64,000 bases of DNA, from positions 277,773-341,772 of the forward strand of contig JBHYEQ010000002.1 in the NCBI GenBank assembly GCA_051860065.1. The letters run 5' to 3'. Each line of letters opens with the position of its first letter. The stretch's first letter is position 1. The notes beneath the pieces were generated by a model. That model searched no databases. It had not been told where the DNA came from and was given only the letters and a program-made list of their open reading frames with translations. The position numbers and the translations under genes are program-made. Source of the DNA: Roseomonas sp. Its GTDB lineage: Bacteria > Pseudomonadota > Alphaproteobacteria > Acetobacterales > Acetobacteraceae. Below, piece after piece: positions 48,411 to 57,286 of the stretch.

Positions 48411-48715
48411 GTATCCCCAGTGCCCCCAGGTCACCCCTGGCCGGACGCAGAGCGCCCTGCCGTGTGACGTGGCTAACAACCCAGGCGGTGGGCCGGCAAC
48501 GGCCCGGTCTGTAACCGGGCGAAATCTGGAGTGATTCGTCCGCAACATAGGCGGCGCAGCCGGCGTATCGGGAAATTATTCCTGCGAATTGGGCAGGATC
48601 TGGACGCTGCCACAGTGTGGTGGCCATAAAGCAACAACGCCCGGCGCAGGGCACCGGGCGTTGAACGTCAGAGTCGAGGAAAGGTTTCCGACCATTTTTG
48701 CGGCCGGTCGGATCC

Positions 48716-49066
48716 TCAGCGGCAGGCGGTCACCATGATCTCAACCAGGTGGCGAGGATCGGCCATGTTCGCCTCGACGCAGGCGCGGGCGGGCGCCGCG
48801 CCTTCCGGCAGCCAGGGCGTCCAGAGCTCGTTCATCGCGGCGCGGTCGGCGATGTGCTTCACCCAGATGGTGGCGGTCAGCAGGCGGGTCTTGTCGGTGC
48901 CGTTGGCTTCCAGCGCGGCGTCGATCTTGGCCAGGACCTCGGCCGTCTGGCCCTTGATGTCCTTGGAGAGATCGTCGGCGGTGATGCCCGCGAGGTAGAC
49001 GAAATTGTGGTACTCGACCGAGGTCGAGAGGATCTTGTTGGTCCCCTGGCGGGTGATCTTGCTCAT
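48716..49066 (-). CDS. RidA (YjgF/YER057c) family protein
   Basis: VYLAG, QTAEVLAKID..L, MNELW..W....APARACVEA, LVEIMVTA. Confidence 0.92.
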   Translation of the reverse strand: MSKITRQGTNKILSTSVEYHNFVYLAGITADDLSKDIKGQTAEVLAKIDAALEANGTDKTRLLTATIWVKHIADRAAMNELWTPWLPEGAAPARACVEANMADPRHLVEIMVTACR

Positions 49067-49197
49067 GCGGGCCGTTCCTTTGCTGCCGGCGCCCCCGGGC
49101 GCAGGGGGCAATGGGCGCCCCGGGCGCGGGGCTGCGCTCGCGCGCGGCTCGCTTCTAGAACAGGTTGCGCGGGTCGGGAATGGACCGCGGCGCGCCT

Positions 49198-49428
49198 TCA
49201 GCGCGTGTCCTTCGACGCCGCCGCGCAATGCGGGCAGCCGACGCCGTCCTGGCCGCCATCGGCGACGAAGCGCGCCTTGGCCTCGGCGCAGGCCTTGGAC
49301 GGCGCGCCCGGCGCGCAGGCGTCGGGCATAATGGGCCCGGCGGACTTGGCCGAGGCAGCGCGCAGGCCGGCGCCGAGCATCAGCAGCGGAAGGGCGGTGG
49401 CGGCAAGGCCGCGGCGGGTGGTGTTCAT
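49198..49428 (-). CDS. small 4-Cys protein A with a Tat-like signal
   Basis: MNTTRRGLAA signal; C-x8-C-x17-CPHC. Confidence 0.6.
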   Translation of the reverse strand: MNTTRRGLAATALPLLMLGAGLRAASAKSAGPIMPDACAPGAPSKACAEAKARFVADGGQDGVGCPHCAAASKDTR

Positions 49429-49472
49429 GCCCCGATGCTGCACGGCGCCGAACCGCCCGGAAACGAAACGCT

Positions 49473-49700
49473 TCAGCGCATCACTGGCAGGCGATGCCCT
49501 CCGCCGCACAACGGGCAGCGCCCGCCGGTGGCGATCGGCAGCGAATCCTGCAACGCCTCGCAGGCGATGAAGCGGCCGCCGGGGTCGCCGCAATGGCGCC
49601 GCGGCTCGGGGCCGGCGACCGCCGCGGCGCGCCCGACGGAACGCGGCAGGGCCAGCAGCGGCAGCATCAGGGAGAGTCCGGCCAGGCGACGCGGGATCAT
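49473..49700 (-). CDS. small 4-Cys protein B with a Tat-like signal
   Basis: MIPRRLAGL signal; C-x9-C-x14-CPLC; GGAG RBS. Confidence 0.6.
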   Translation of the reverse strand: MIPRRLAGLSLMLPLLALPRSVGRAAAVAGPEPRRHCGDPGGRFIACEALQDSLPIATGGRCPLCGGGHRLPVMR

Positions 49701-49927
49701 CGCAGTCTCCGGAGGAAGCCGGCCGTCCCGAGGGGCGGCCGGGTTGCGCGCAGCGGTGCCACGGCATCTGCGCGCGAAACGAATGCCGCGCCGCCGAACG
49801 CACGGCCATTCCACGCAGGCGTGCGGCCTTCGGCACGATTCGCAGCGATGGTACCGCGCCGATCCTTACCGCCGCACTGATGAATCGCCGCGCGGGGCGT
49901 CAATTCGCCATCATGGGCAGGCGCGGC

Positions 49928-50905
49928 TCACGCCACGCGATAGGTGCTGCCCGAGGCCGCGGCGCCGATCATCGCCTCATAGACGGCGACGCCATGCACC
50001 GCCTCCTCGACCGGCAGCGGATAGGCCGGGCCACCCGCGACCGCAGTGGCGAATGCCGCAAGTTCAGCGGCTTCAATGTCGGTCTTGGGAAAGACTCGCT
50101 CCTGCGGGGTGCCGTCGCGCGTGCAGATGACCAGGTTTTCGTGGCCATGCAGCACGGCCCAGGCATCGGTGCCGAACAGCCCGACCCGCCACAGCCGCGG
50201 CGCATAGGCCAGGGTCGCGAAGGTGGCGCTCGCGCCGCTCTCGAAGCGCATCAGCGCCGCGGTGGTGTCGTCGAGCCCGTTGTCGATGGCGCGCGCATGC
50301 GACTGCACCGTCACCTCGGCAATGCGCCCGGCCAGGTTGATGAACATGTCCACCATGTGGATGCCCATGCCGCCCATGCCGCCGAGCGGGCTCTCCTTCG
50401 GATCCGCCCGCCACATGCCGGGCTTGTAGGCGATGGCGCCGGGCCCGCTGAACTGGCCCTCGACATGCAGGAGGGTGCCGAGCCGGCCATCGGCCAGCAT
50501 CGCCTTCATCTCGGCGATGGCCGGCAGGAAGCGCCGGTTGTGGCCGAGTGCCATCACCACGCCGGCGGCGCGGCAGGCATCGACGGCGGCCTGGGCCGAC
50601 GCCTTGGTCATGGTGAAGGGCTTCTCGACGAACACATGCTTGCCGGCGCGTGCGGCGGCGATCACCTGGTCGGCATGCATGCCGTGCGGCGAGGCGATGG
50701 CGACGGCCTTCACCGCCGGGTCGGCCAGCACGGCGTCGAAATCCGGCAGGATGCGGATGCCCTGGCGCGCGGACCATTCCGCGGCGCGCTCAGGCCGGCC
50801 GGTGCAGCCGGCCACGAAGCGCAACCCGGCGTCGTTCCGGCCTTGCACGCTGTCAACCAGCGTCTGGCCCCAGCGGCCCATGCCAATGATGGCGGTGTCG
50901 AGCAT
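49928..50905 (-). CDS. Gfo/Idh/MocA family oxidoreductase
   Basis: IIGMGRWG, IASPHGMHA, GKHVFVEKP, GHNRRF, GIHMVD. Confidence 0.92.
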   Translation of the reverse strand: MLDTAIIGMGRWGQTLVDSVQGRNDAGLRFVAGCTGRPERAAEWSARQGIRILPDFDAVLADPAVKAVAIASPHGMHADQVIAAARAGKHVFVEKPFTMTKASAQAAVDACRAAGVVMALGHNRRFLPAIAEMKAMLADGRLGTLLHVEGQFSGPGAIAYKPGMWRADPKESPLGGMGGMGIHMVDMFINLAGRIAEVTVQSHARAIDNGLDDTTAALMRFESGASATFATLAYAPRLWRVGLFGTDAWAVLHGHENLVICTRDGTPQERVFPKTDIEAAELAAFATAVAGGPAYPLPVEEAVHGVAVYEAMIGAAASGSTYRVA

Positions 50906-50920
50906 GTTCACTCCTGCGAT

Positions 50921-52174
50921 TCAGCGATTGGCGTGGTCGGGTGGCGGCCCTTCGAGGGCGGCGGCGATGCGCCCCATCCGCGCGAGGCCCCAGGCGACCA
51001 CCAGCAGGGACAGCGCGACGGCGGTCAGCGTTGGCAGGGCCAGCCCCCAGACCTCGCCTGCCGCCCCCAGGATCAGCGCGCCAAGCGCGGGGAAGGCGCG
51101 GGTAATGAGGCCCCACAGGCTCAGCACGCGCCCGCGCATCGCGTGGTCCGATGCATTCTGCGCCAGCATCTGCACGCTGATGCCGTGCACCGACCCCGCC
51201 GCGCCCATCAGTGCGGCGCAGAGCACGCCGAAGGGGAACCAGCCGGTCGCCGCGAAGCCCGCGGTGGACAGCGCAAGCGCCAGCACGCCCAGGATCGCCA
51301 GGCGCGTGGTGCCTTCCAGCCGCCCGCGCGCCGCCACCAGCAGCCCCGAGACCAGCGCGCCGACGCCAAAGGCCGCCGTCAGCACCGCCAGCGATTCCGC
51401 CCCGCGCCCGAAGGCACGGTCGACGAAAGGCGGCAGGATCTCCTGCACCCCGCGCAGCAGCAGCGCCGAGACCGCGGCGAACAGCAGGATCGGCCCCAGC
51501 CCCGGATGCCGCGCGGCATAGCGGATGCCATCCAGCGTCTCGCCCATCAGACTGGCGGTGGCGGCATGGCCGCGCCTGGCGGCGGCCTCCACGCGCAGCA
51601 TCGGCGTGGTCAGCGTCGCGACCAGGTAGGCCAGGGCATTGAGCGCAATGGCCGGCCACACCCCGGCGACTGCGATGATCGGCCCGGCCAGCGCGGGCCC
51701 GATGAACCGCGCCACGTTGAAGGTCAGCGAATTCAGCGCGACGGCGGCGGGAAGGTCAGCCCGCGGCACCAGCCCCGGCATCAGCGATTGCCGCGCCGGC
51801 TGGGCGAAGGATGCCGCGACGCCGCCCACCACCTCCAGCACCAGCAGCAGCCAGATATCCATCCAGCCGAGTGCCACCAGCAGCGCGATCAGCGCCGCGT
51901 TCAGCCCGATCGCCGCCTGGCTGAGCATGGTCAGGCGCAGCCGGTCGGCGCGGTCGGCGATGGCCCCCGCGATCGGGCTGACCACCACGGCGGGTGCCAG
52001 GTCGCAGAACGCCACCATGCCGACCCAGAAGGCGCTGCCGGTCAGTTCCCAGGCCAGCCAGGACACCGCGATGCGGTGCATCCACAGCCCGGTCCAGGCG
52101 GTGAGGGAGGCGCCGAAGAAAATCCGTGCGTTGCGGTGGGACAGCGCGCGGGTGAGGGTCGAGAGCCGGGCCAT
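50921..52174 (-). CDS. MFS transporter
   Basis: about 12 TM helices, GAIADRADR motif A, AVALNSLTFNVARFIGP, MRGRVLSL. Confidence 0.92.
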   Translation of the reverse strand: MARLSTLTRALSHRNARIFFGASLTAWTGLWMHRIAVSWLAWELTGSAFWVGMVAFCDLAPAVVVSPIAGAIADRADRLRLTMLSQAAIGLNAALIALLVALGWMDIWLLLVLEVVGGVAASFAQPARQSLMPGLVPRADLPAAVALNSLTFNVARFIGPALAGPIIAVAGVWPAIALNALAYLVATLTTPMLRVEAAARRGHAATASLMGETLDGIRYAARHPGLGPILLFAAVSALLLRGVQEILPPFVDRAFGRGAESLAVLTAAFGVGALVSGLLVAARGRLEGTTRLAILGVLALALSTAGFAATGWFPFGVLCAALMGAAGSVHGISVQMLAQNASDHAMRGRVLSLWGLITRAFPALGALILGAAGEVWGLALPTLTAVALSLLVVAWGLARMGRIAAALEGPPPDHANR

Positions 52175-52195
52175 GGCGGGGCTGTCCCCGCGCCG

Positions 52196-52567
52196 TCAGC
52201 TCCGGCGGCCGCGCGCGGGCTGGGTGGCCGGGTCCTGCGGGCGCGGGCCGGCGGTGTTCGCGCGGATGCATTCGCGGATCAGGTCCTCGCGCAGCACACG
52301 GCGGTTGAACTGGTCGGCCTGCACGCGAAGGGTCGGGATGTTGTTGGTCTGGTCGGTCATGAACATCGCCTGGTCCTCGCGGGCCGACTGGCCGCGCTCG
52401 CGGAAGTTCACGGCACGCTCGGCCTCGGCGGTGCACTGGGCGCGCAGCGTGCCGTCATCCCCGGCGCCGGCGGTGGCGGAGGACAGGCTGCGCGGCGCAT
52501 CGGCGGTGGCGCAGGCCGCGACCAGCAGCATGGCGAGAAGCGACAGCGGGGGCGCCAGGCGGGTCAT
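52196..52567 (-). CDS. putative lipoprotein
   Basis: LVAAC lipobox, two further Cys. Confidence 0.65.
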   Translation of the reverse strand: MTRLAPPLSLLAMLLVAACATADAPRSLSSATAGAGDDGTLRAQCTAEAERAVNFRERGQSAREDQAMFMTDQTNNIPTLRVQADQFNRRVLREDLIRECIRANTAGPRPQDPATQPARGRRS

Positions 52568-53058
52568 GCGGATGCTCCGGTAGGAATCGGGCGCGACAAT
52601 AGGCGCCTCAGACCCGTTTCGTCGAACCGCGCGGCGGCGTCCAGCGGCATTGCGGCGGCGGCGCGCAGCAGGGCAGGGTGCAGCTCGATCCCGTCCGCGG
52701 CCAGCGTGAACAGGCCGCGCAGCCAATGCGCGCGCGTCATGACCTCGATCAGCGCCAGCAGCCGCAGGCACAGCGACAGCCCGGACAGCGTGCCGAGATC
52801 GTGCCCGGCATCGACCGCCTCGGCCCAGCAGGCGGCGTCGGCATCGGCGAGCAGCAGTTCCTGCGCACTGCCATCGGGGCGGCGGAACACCAGGCGGCGC
52901 GGCGCGCCCCAATGCTCGGCCGCTGCCGCGGCGCGGGCGCGGTCCCAAGCGGCCTCGAGGTCCCGCGGGGCGACCGGCGGGAGGCTCTCGGGCGGCAGGG
53001 GGATTGCGTAGGCCAGCACACCATCCGGGGCGCGTGCGACCCGGATCGGGTTCGACAT
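52564..53058 (-). CDS. hypothetical protein
   Basis: protein-like ORF with a 4-nt overlap to the lipoprotein gene. Confidence 0.65.
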   Translation of the reverse strand: MSNPIRVARAPDGVLAYAIPLPPESLPPVAPRDLEAAWDRARAAAAAEHWGAPRRLVFRRPDGSAQELLLADADAACWAEAVDAGHDLGTLSGLSLCLRLLALIEVMTRAHWLRGLFTLAADGIELHPALLRAAAAMPLDAAARFDETGLRRLLSRPIPTGASA

Positions 53059-53215
53059 GCCCCCTATGTCGCAATCGGGATGGCGCTGCGCCAGTGCCGA
53101 TCGCGTGCGGCGGGCATGTGCTCCGCGCGGGCAGCGGGGCGGGCACACTGGGCGCGGCTGGCTTGCCTCCGTCGCACGCCTTGACGGCCGGGCCACCGCG
53201 CCGCGTCATGCGGGC

Positions 53216-54484
53216 ATGACCGACACCCCCGATCTCACCGCCACCGCCGCCCTCGCCGCGATCCGCGCCGGGCGCCTTTCCGCCGCCGCGCTGATGGAGG
53301 CCTGCCTCGACCGCATCGCGGAACGCGAAGCCGAGATACGCGCCTTCGCCTGGTTCGATGCGGCGCAGGCGCGCCGCGCGGCGGGCGCGGCCGGGCAAGG
53401 GGCGCTGGCGGGAATCCCGATCGGGGTGAAGGACGTGATCGATACGGACGACATGCCCGCCCAATACGGATCGCCCGCCTGGGCGGGGCATCGGCCGCGA
53501 TCGGATGCCGCCTGCGTGGCCGCGGCGCGCGCCGCCGGCGCGGTGGTGATAGGCAAGACCGTGACCACCGAATTCGCTACGCGCCACCCCGGACCGACCG
53601 CCAACCCACGGAATGTGAAGCATACCCCGGGCGGGTCGTCCTCGGGGTCGGCGGCGGGCGTGGCGGCGGGGTTCTTCCCGATCGCCTTCGGCACGCAGAC
53701 CGCGGGCAGCATCGTCCGCCCGGCGGCCTATTGCGGCGTGGTCGGCTTCAAGCCGACCTACGGGACGCTGCACCGCGCCGGCATGAAGGTGATGAGCGAG
53801 AGCCTGGACACCATCGGCGTCATGGCGCGCAGCGTGGCGGATTGCGCGCTGGGCATGGCGGCGATGACCGGCGGCAACTACGGCACGCCGGAGGCCAAGA
53901 CATCGCGGCCGCCGCGCCTGGCGCTGGTGATGGGCCCCTCGGCCGACCAGGCCGCGCCCGAGACCGTGGCGCTGATGGACCGCGCCGCCGAGGCCTGCCG
54001 GCGCGCCGGGGCCACCGTGACACCGCTGACGCTGGGCGAGCCTTTCGCCGCCGCCTATGCCGCCCATCCCACGGTGATGAACGCGGAATCGGCCGAGGCG
54101 CTGGGTTGGGAACTGGCCCATGCGCGCGCGCAGCTCAGCGCCGTGCTGGCCGAACGGATGGATTGGGGGCGCGCGCAGGGGGCGGGCGCCCTGGCCTCCG
54201 CACGCGCCGCCTTCGCCGCCGCCCGCGCCGCCTTCCCCACCGCCATCGAGGGCTTCGACGCGGTGCTGACGCCCTCCGCACCTGGCGAGGCGCCCGAGGG
54301 CCTCGGCTGGACCGGCGACCCGGCCTTCAACACGCTCTGGACGCTGCTGCACGGGCCCTGCGTGACGGTGCCGGCGGGGGTGGGGCCGAACGGATTGCCG
54401 CTCGGCGTGCAGGTCGCCGGGCGGATCGGCGAGGATGCGGCGGTGCTGGGCTGGGCCGCCTGGGTGCAGGCAGCGCTGGGCTGA
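53216..54484 (+). CDS. amidase signature family enzyme
   Basis: GVKDVID, GKTVTTEFA, TPGGSSSGSAA, GTQTAGSIVRPA. Confidence 0.93.
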   Translation: MTDTPDLTATAALAAIRAGRLSAAALMEACLDRIAEREAEIRAFAWFDAAQARRAAGAAGQGALAGIPIGVKDVIDTDDMPAQYGSPAWAGHRPRSDAACVAAARAAGAVVIGKTVTTEFATRHPGPTANPRNVKHTPGGSSSGSAAGVAAGFFPIAFGTQTAGSIVRPAAYCGVVGFKPTYGTLHRAGMKVMSESLDTIGVMARSVADCALGMAAMTGGNYGTPEAKTSRPPRLALVMGPSADQAAPETVALMDRAAEACRRAGATVTPLTLGEPFAAAYAAHPTVMNAESAEALGWELAHARAQLSAVLAERMDWGRAQGAGALASARAAFAAARAAFPTAIEGFDAVLTPSAPGEAPEGLGWTGDPAFNTLWTLLHGPCVTVPAGVGPNGLPLGVQVAGRIGEDAAVLGWAAWVQAALG

Positions 54485-54573
54485 CGGTGGCCCTGGCCTA
54501 AACGACGGTCGCCAGCCTTTTGTGTGAACGGGATTTCCTGCCCGGTCGGCGGCGCCGCCGACCGGGATCGGCA

Positions 54574-56223
54574 CTACGTCCGCGCGCCGCCCGGCAGGCC
54601 CTTCAGCGCATCCGTCGTGTCGAAATCCCGCAGCACGGCGTCGTCGGCCATCTCGACCTCGACCATGCGGTCGCCGTGGCGGCCGACCAGGTGGCGGGCG
54701 CCGACATCGCCGGTGATGGTCATGATCTCGGGAATGAACTCGCGCGACCACAGCATCGGGTTGCCCTGCTTGCCGCGGAAGGTCGGCATGACGATGGCGC
54801 GGCCTTCCTCCGGGTCGAAGGCGGCGATCAGGCGGTCGAGCATCGGCCCGGCCACCAGCGGCATGTCGCCCAGGCAGATCAGCACGCCCTCGGCATCCGG
54901 CGGCAGCGCGGCGATGCCGGCCTTGAGCGAGGCGGACAGCCCCTCGGCATAATCGTCGGCATGGGCGGAGATGACCGGGCGGCCGGCCAGCGCTTCCTCG
55001 ACGCGGTCGCGTTCATGGCCGGTGACCACGATGACGGGCCGCGCATGGGAGGCCAGGACATTGTCCACCACCCGCGCGACCATCGCGGTTCCCTGCGTGT
55101 CGGCCACCAGCAGCTTGTTGAGCGGCGCCATGCGGCGCGACCGCCCGGCCGCCAGCACGATGGCCGCGACACTGCGCGCGCGGCGCGGGGCCAGCGCCGG
55201 CGGGGCCACGCGTGGCGCCTGGTCACGGGGCAGGGGGCGGACCTCGATTTCCTTCAGCAGCCCGCCCACGCCCATGGCCATGACGTCGGCGGGCATGACC
55301 GGCACGCCGGCGAAGATGCGCTGCAGCACCCAGTCGAAGCCGTTGAGCTTCGGGCTGCGCGCGCAGCCGGGCAGCACCATGGCGGGGATGTCGCCGATGT
55401 GGCCGAGGCAGAGCAGGTTGCCCGGGTCCACCGGCATGCCGAAATGGTCGATCCGCCCGCCGGCGCGGATGATGGCGGCCGGGCCCACATCGCGCCGGTC
55501 CACCACCGCCGAGGCGCCGGCGACCAGCAGCATCTGCGCGCCGGCGCGCTTGAGGCGCGACAGCGCCTCGGCCACCGGGGCTTCCTCGTGGCGCACGCGC
55601 TCGACCGGCAGGACGGTGCCGCAGAGGCTCTCGACGCGCGCCGTGGTGGCCTCCACCGCGCCCTCCATCACGCTTTCCTTGATGCCGGGCAGTTCGGTCA
55701 GCACCAGGCCAACCTTGAGGGGACGGAAGGGATGCACGGCGAAGACGGGGGCGCGGCCGCCGCGGGCCACCGCCTCCGCCACGCCGAGCACGGCGCCGGG
55801 CACGGCGAAGGGGATGACCTTGATGGTGGCGATCATCTCCCGCGGGGAGACCGGCGTGTGGTTGGGTAGGGTCGCGATGGTCAGGCTTTCGTCCACCGCG
55901 TTCACGGCGTCGATGCGCCTGGCGTCGAGCACCAGCAGCCCGGCGGTCTCGGCCAGCAGGTTGACGCGGCCGGTGGCGGCGCGGGAGCGGGCGATCAGCG
56001 GCGCGGTGAGGGTGGTGGCCAGGCGCTCGGCGGCCTCGTTCTCCGGCACGTCGCCGGCTTCCAGGCGGGCGGTGATGACGTCGCGCTTGCCGGCTTCCTT
56101 GAGCGCGGCAACCGCCTCGTCGTCCAGCACGGTTCCTTTCTTGATCACGCGGCCGGGCAGGCGGAGCGAATGCGCGAGGATCGCGCCCTTGGCTTCCTCG
56201 AGCGGCGTTGGGCCGAAGATCAT
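54574..56223 (-). CDS. mocA: molybdopterin-binding domain / Mo cofactor cytidylyltransferase fusion (MocA-like)
   Basis: N-terminal MoeA-like part (GMPVDPGNLL, LPGCARSPKLNGFD); C-terminal LAAGRSRRM..NKLL, LGDMP, GDVGAR. Confidence 0.85.
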   Translation of the reverse strand: MIFGPTPLEEAKGAILAHSLRLPGRVIKKGTVLDDEAVAALKEAGKRDVITARLEAGDVPENEAAERLATTLTAPLIARSRAATGRVNLLAETAGLLVLDARRIDAVNAVDESLTIATLPNHTPVSPREMIATIKVIPFAVPGAVLGVAEAVARGGRAPVFAVHPFRPLKVGLVLTELPGIKESVMEGAVEATTARVESLCGTVLPVERVRHEEAPVAEALSRLKRAGAQMLLVAGASAVVDRRDVGPAAIIRAGGRIDHFGMPVDPGNLLCLGHIGDIPAMVLPGCARSPKLNGFDWVLQRIFAGVPVMPADVMAMGVGGLLKEIEVRPLPRDQAPRVAPPALAPRRARSVAAIVLAAGRSRRMAPLNKLLVADTQGTAMVARVVDNVLASHARPVIVVTGHERDRVEEALAGRPVISAHADDYAEGLSASLKAGIAALPPDAEGVLICLGDMPLVAGPMLDRLIAAFDPEEGRAIVMPTFRGKQGNPMLWSREFIPEIMTITGDVGARHLVGRHGDRMVEVEMADDAVLRDFDTTDALKGLPGGART

Positions 56224-56957
56224 GCCGGGATGCCGATGCTGACGCGCGGTTCCGATGGGGCGGCGGGCCGCGGTGCGCCGAGGGATGCGCCACGCCGTGC
56301 GGCGACGATCTCCGCCATCACGGACAGCGCGATTTCGGGCGCGGTGACGGCCGCGATGTCGAGGCCCACGGGGGCATGGATGCGCGCCATGGCGGTATCG
56401 TCGTGGCCGAGTTCCCGCAGCCGCGCGACGCGCTTGGCGTGCGTGCGGCGGCTGCCCAGCGCGCCGATGTAGAAGGCCGGGCTGCGCAGCGCGGCATCGA
56501 GCGCCGGGTCGTCCAGCTTCGGGTCATGCGTCAGCGTCACCACGGCGGAACGCGCATCGGGCTTCAGCGCGACCATCGCATCATCCGGCCAGTCGGTGTT
56601 GAGCATCACGCCGGGCAGGCGTTCTTCCGTCGCGAAGGCGCCTCGCGGGTCGACCACGATCAGTTGGAAGCCGAGCGGCGCGGCCATCGGCGCCATGGCC
56701 TGGGCGATATGCACCGCGCCGACCACGATGATCCGCAGCGGCGGGTTGTGCGGGTGGATGAACCAGGCCTCGGTGCCGATCGTGACGGTGCCGGCCTTCT
56801 CGCTGCCGAGTGCGGCGCGCGCGGCATCGGCCAGCGCATCGGGCACGGCATCCTGCGGCCAGAGGGTCTGCGCGCCGTCGGCCAGGCGCGTGAGCAGCAC
56901 CACCGGACGTTGCGCTTCGCGTTCGGCCTGCAGCCGGGCGAGGGTATCGGCCTTCAC
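56220..56957 (-). CDS. xdhC: XdhC/CoxF family protein, C-terminal part
   Basis: VGAVHIAQ, LTHDPKLDD, YIGALGSRRTH, IHAPVGLDI; GTGA overlap start. Confidence 0.88.
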   Translation of the reverse strand: MKADTLARLQAEREAQRPVVLLTRLADGAQTLWPQDAVPDALADAARAALGSEKAGTVTIGTEAWFIHPHNPPLRIIVVGAVHIAQAMAPMAAPLGFQLIVVDPRGAFATEERLPGVMLNTDWPDDAMVALKPDARSAVVTLTHDPKLDDPALDAALRSPAFYIGALGSRRTHAKRVARLRELGHDDTAMARIHAPVGLDIAAVTAPEIALSVMAEIVAARRGASLGAPRPAAPSEPRVSIGIPA

Positions 56958-57286
56958 GTCAGCGGCTCCACGAAGACCTTCACCTTGCCGCCGCAGGACA
57001 GGCCGACTTCCCAGGCCCGTTCGTCCGAGACGCCGAAGTCCAGCAGTTGCGGCGCGCCGGTCGCCATGGCCTGCTTCGCGGCATCCGCCACCGCGCCCTC
57101 GATGCAGCCGCCCGAGACCGAGCCCATCAGCCGGCCCGACGCGGTGACCGCCAGGCGCGAGCCCGCCGGGCGGGGGCTGGAGCCCCAGGTCTCCACAACC
57201 GTGGCGATCGCGACCTTTTCGCCCGCCGCGCGCCATGCGGCGGCGATGGCGAGGATGTCCTCGGATTGCGTGGTGTCGGTGGTCAT
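56954..57286 (-). CDS. XdhC/CoxI N-terminal domain protein
   Basis: ATVVETWGSSPRPAG, GSVSGGCIEG, AWEVGLSCGG. Confidence 0.9.
   Translation of the reverse strand: MTTDTTQSEDILAIAAAWRAAGEKVAIATVVETWGSSPRPAGSRLAVTASGRLMGSVSGGCIEGAVADAAKQAMATGAPQLLDFGVSDERAWEVGLSCGGKVKVFVEPLT

Noticed and set aside
48411-48715. riboswitch in the CHAP gene leader
   Set aside because: No recognisable riboswitch consensus; only a terminator-like stem near 48634-48663 after the ridA gene.
49880-53011. very long opposite-strand ORFs (also 10671-13049, 6052-7884, 33831-36107 and others)
   Set aside because: They are shadow ORFs of real genes in high-GC DNA, with Arg/Gly/Ala-rich, motif-free translations.
56220-57286. 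split xdhC as a frameshifted pseudogene
   Set aside because: Both parts are intact, joined by a clean GTGA stop/start overlap at a domain boundary; a two-gene XdhC architecture is familiar in alphaproteobacteria.
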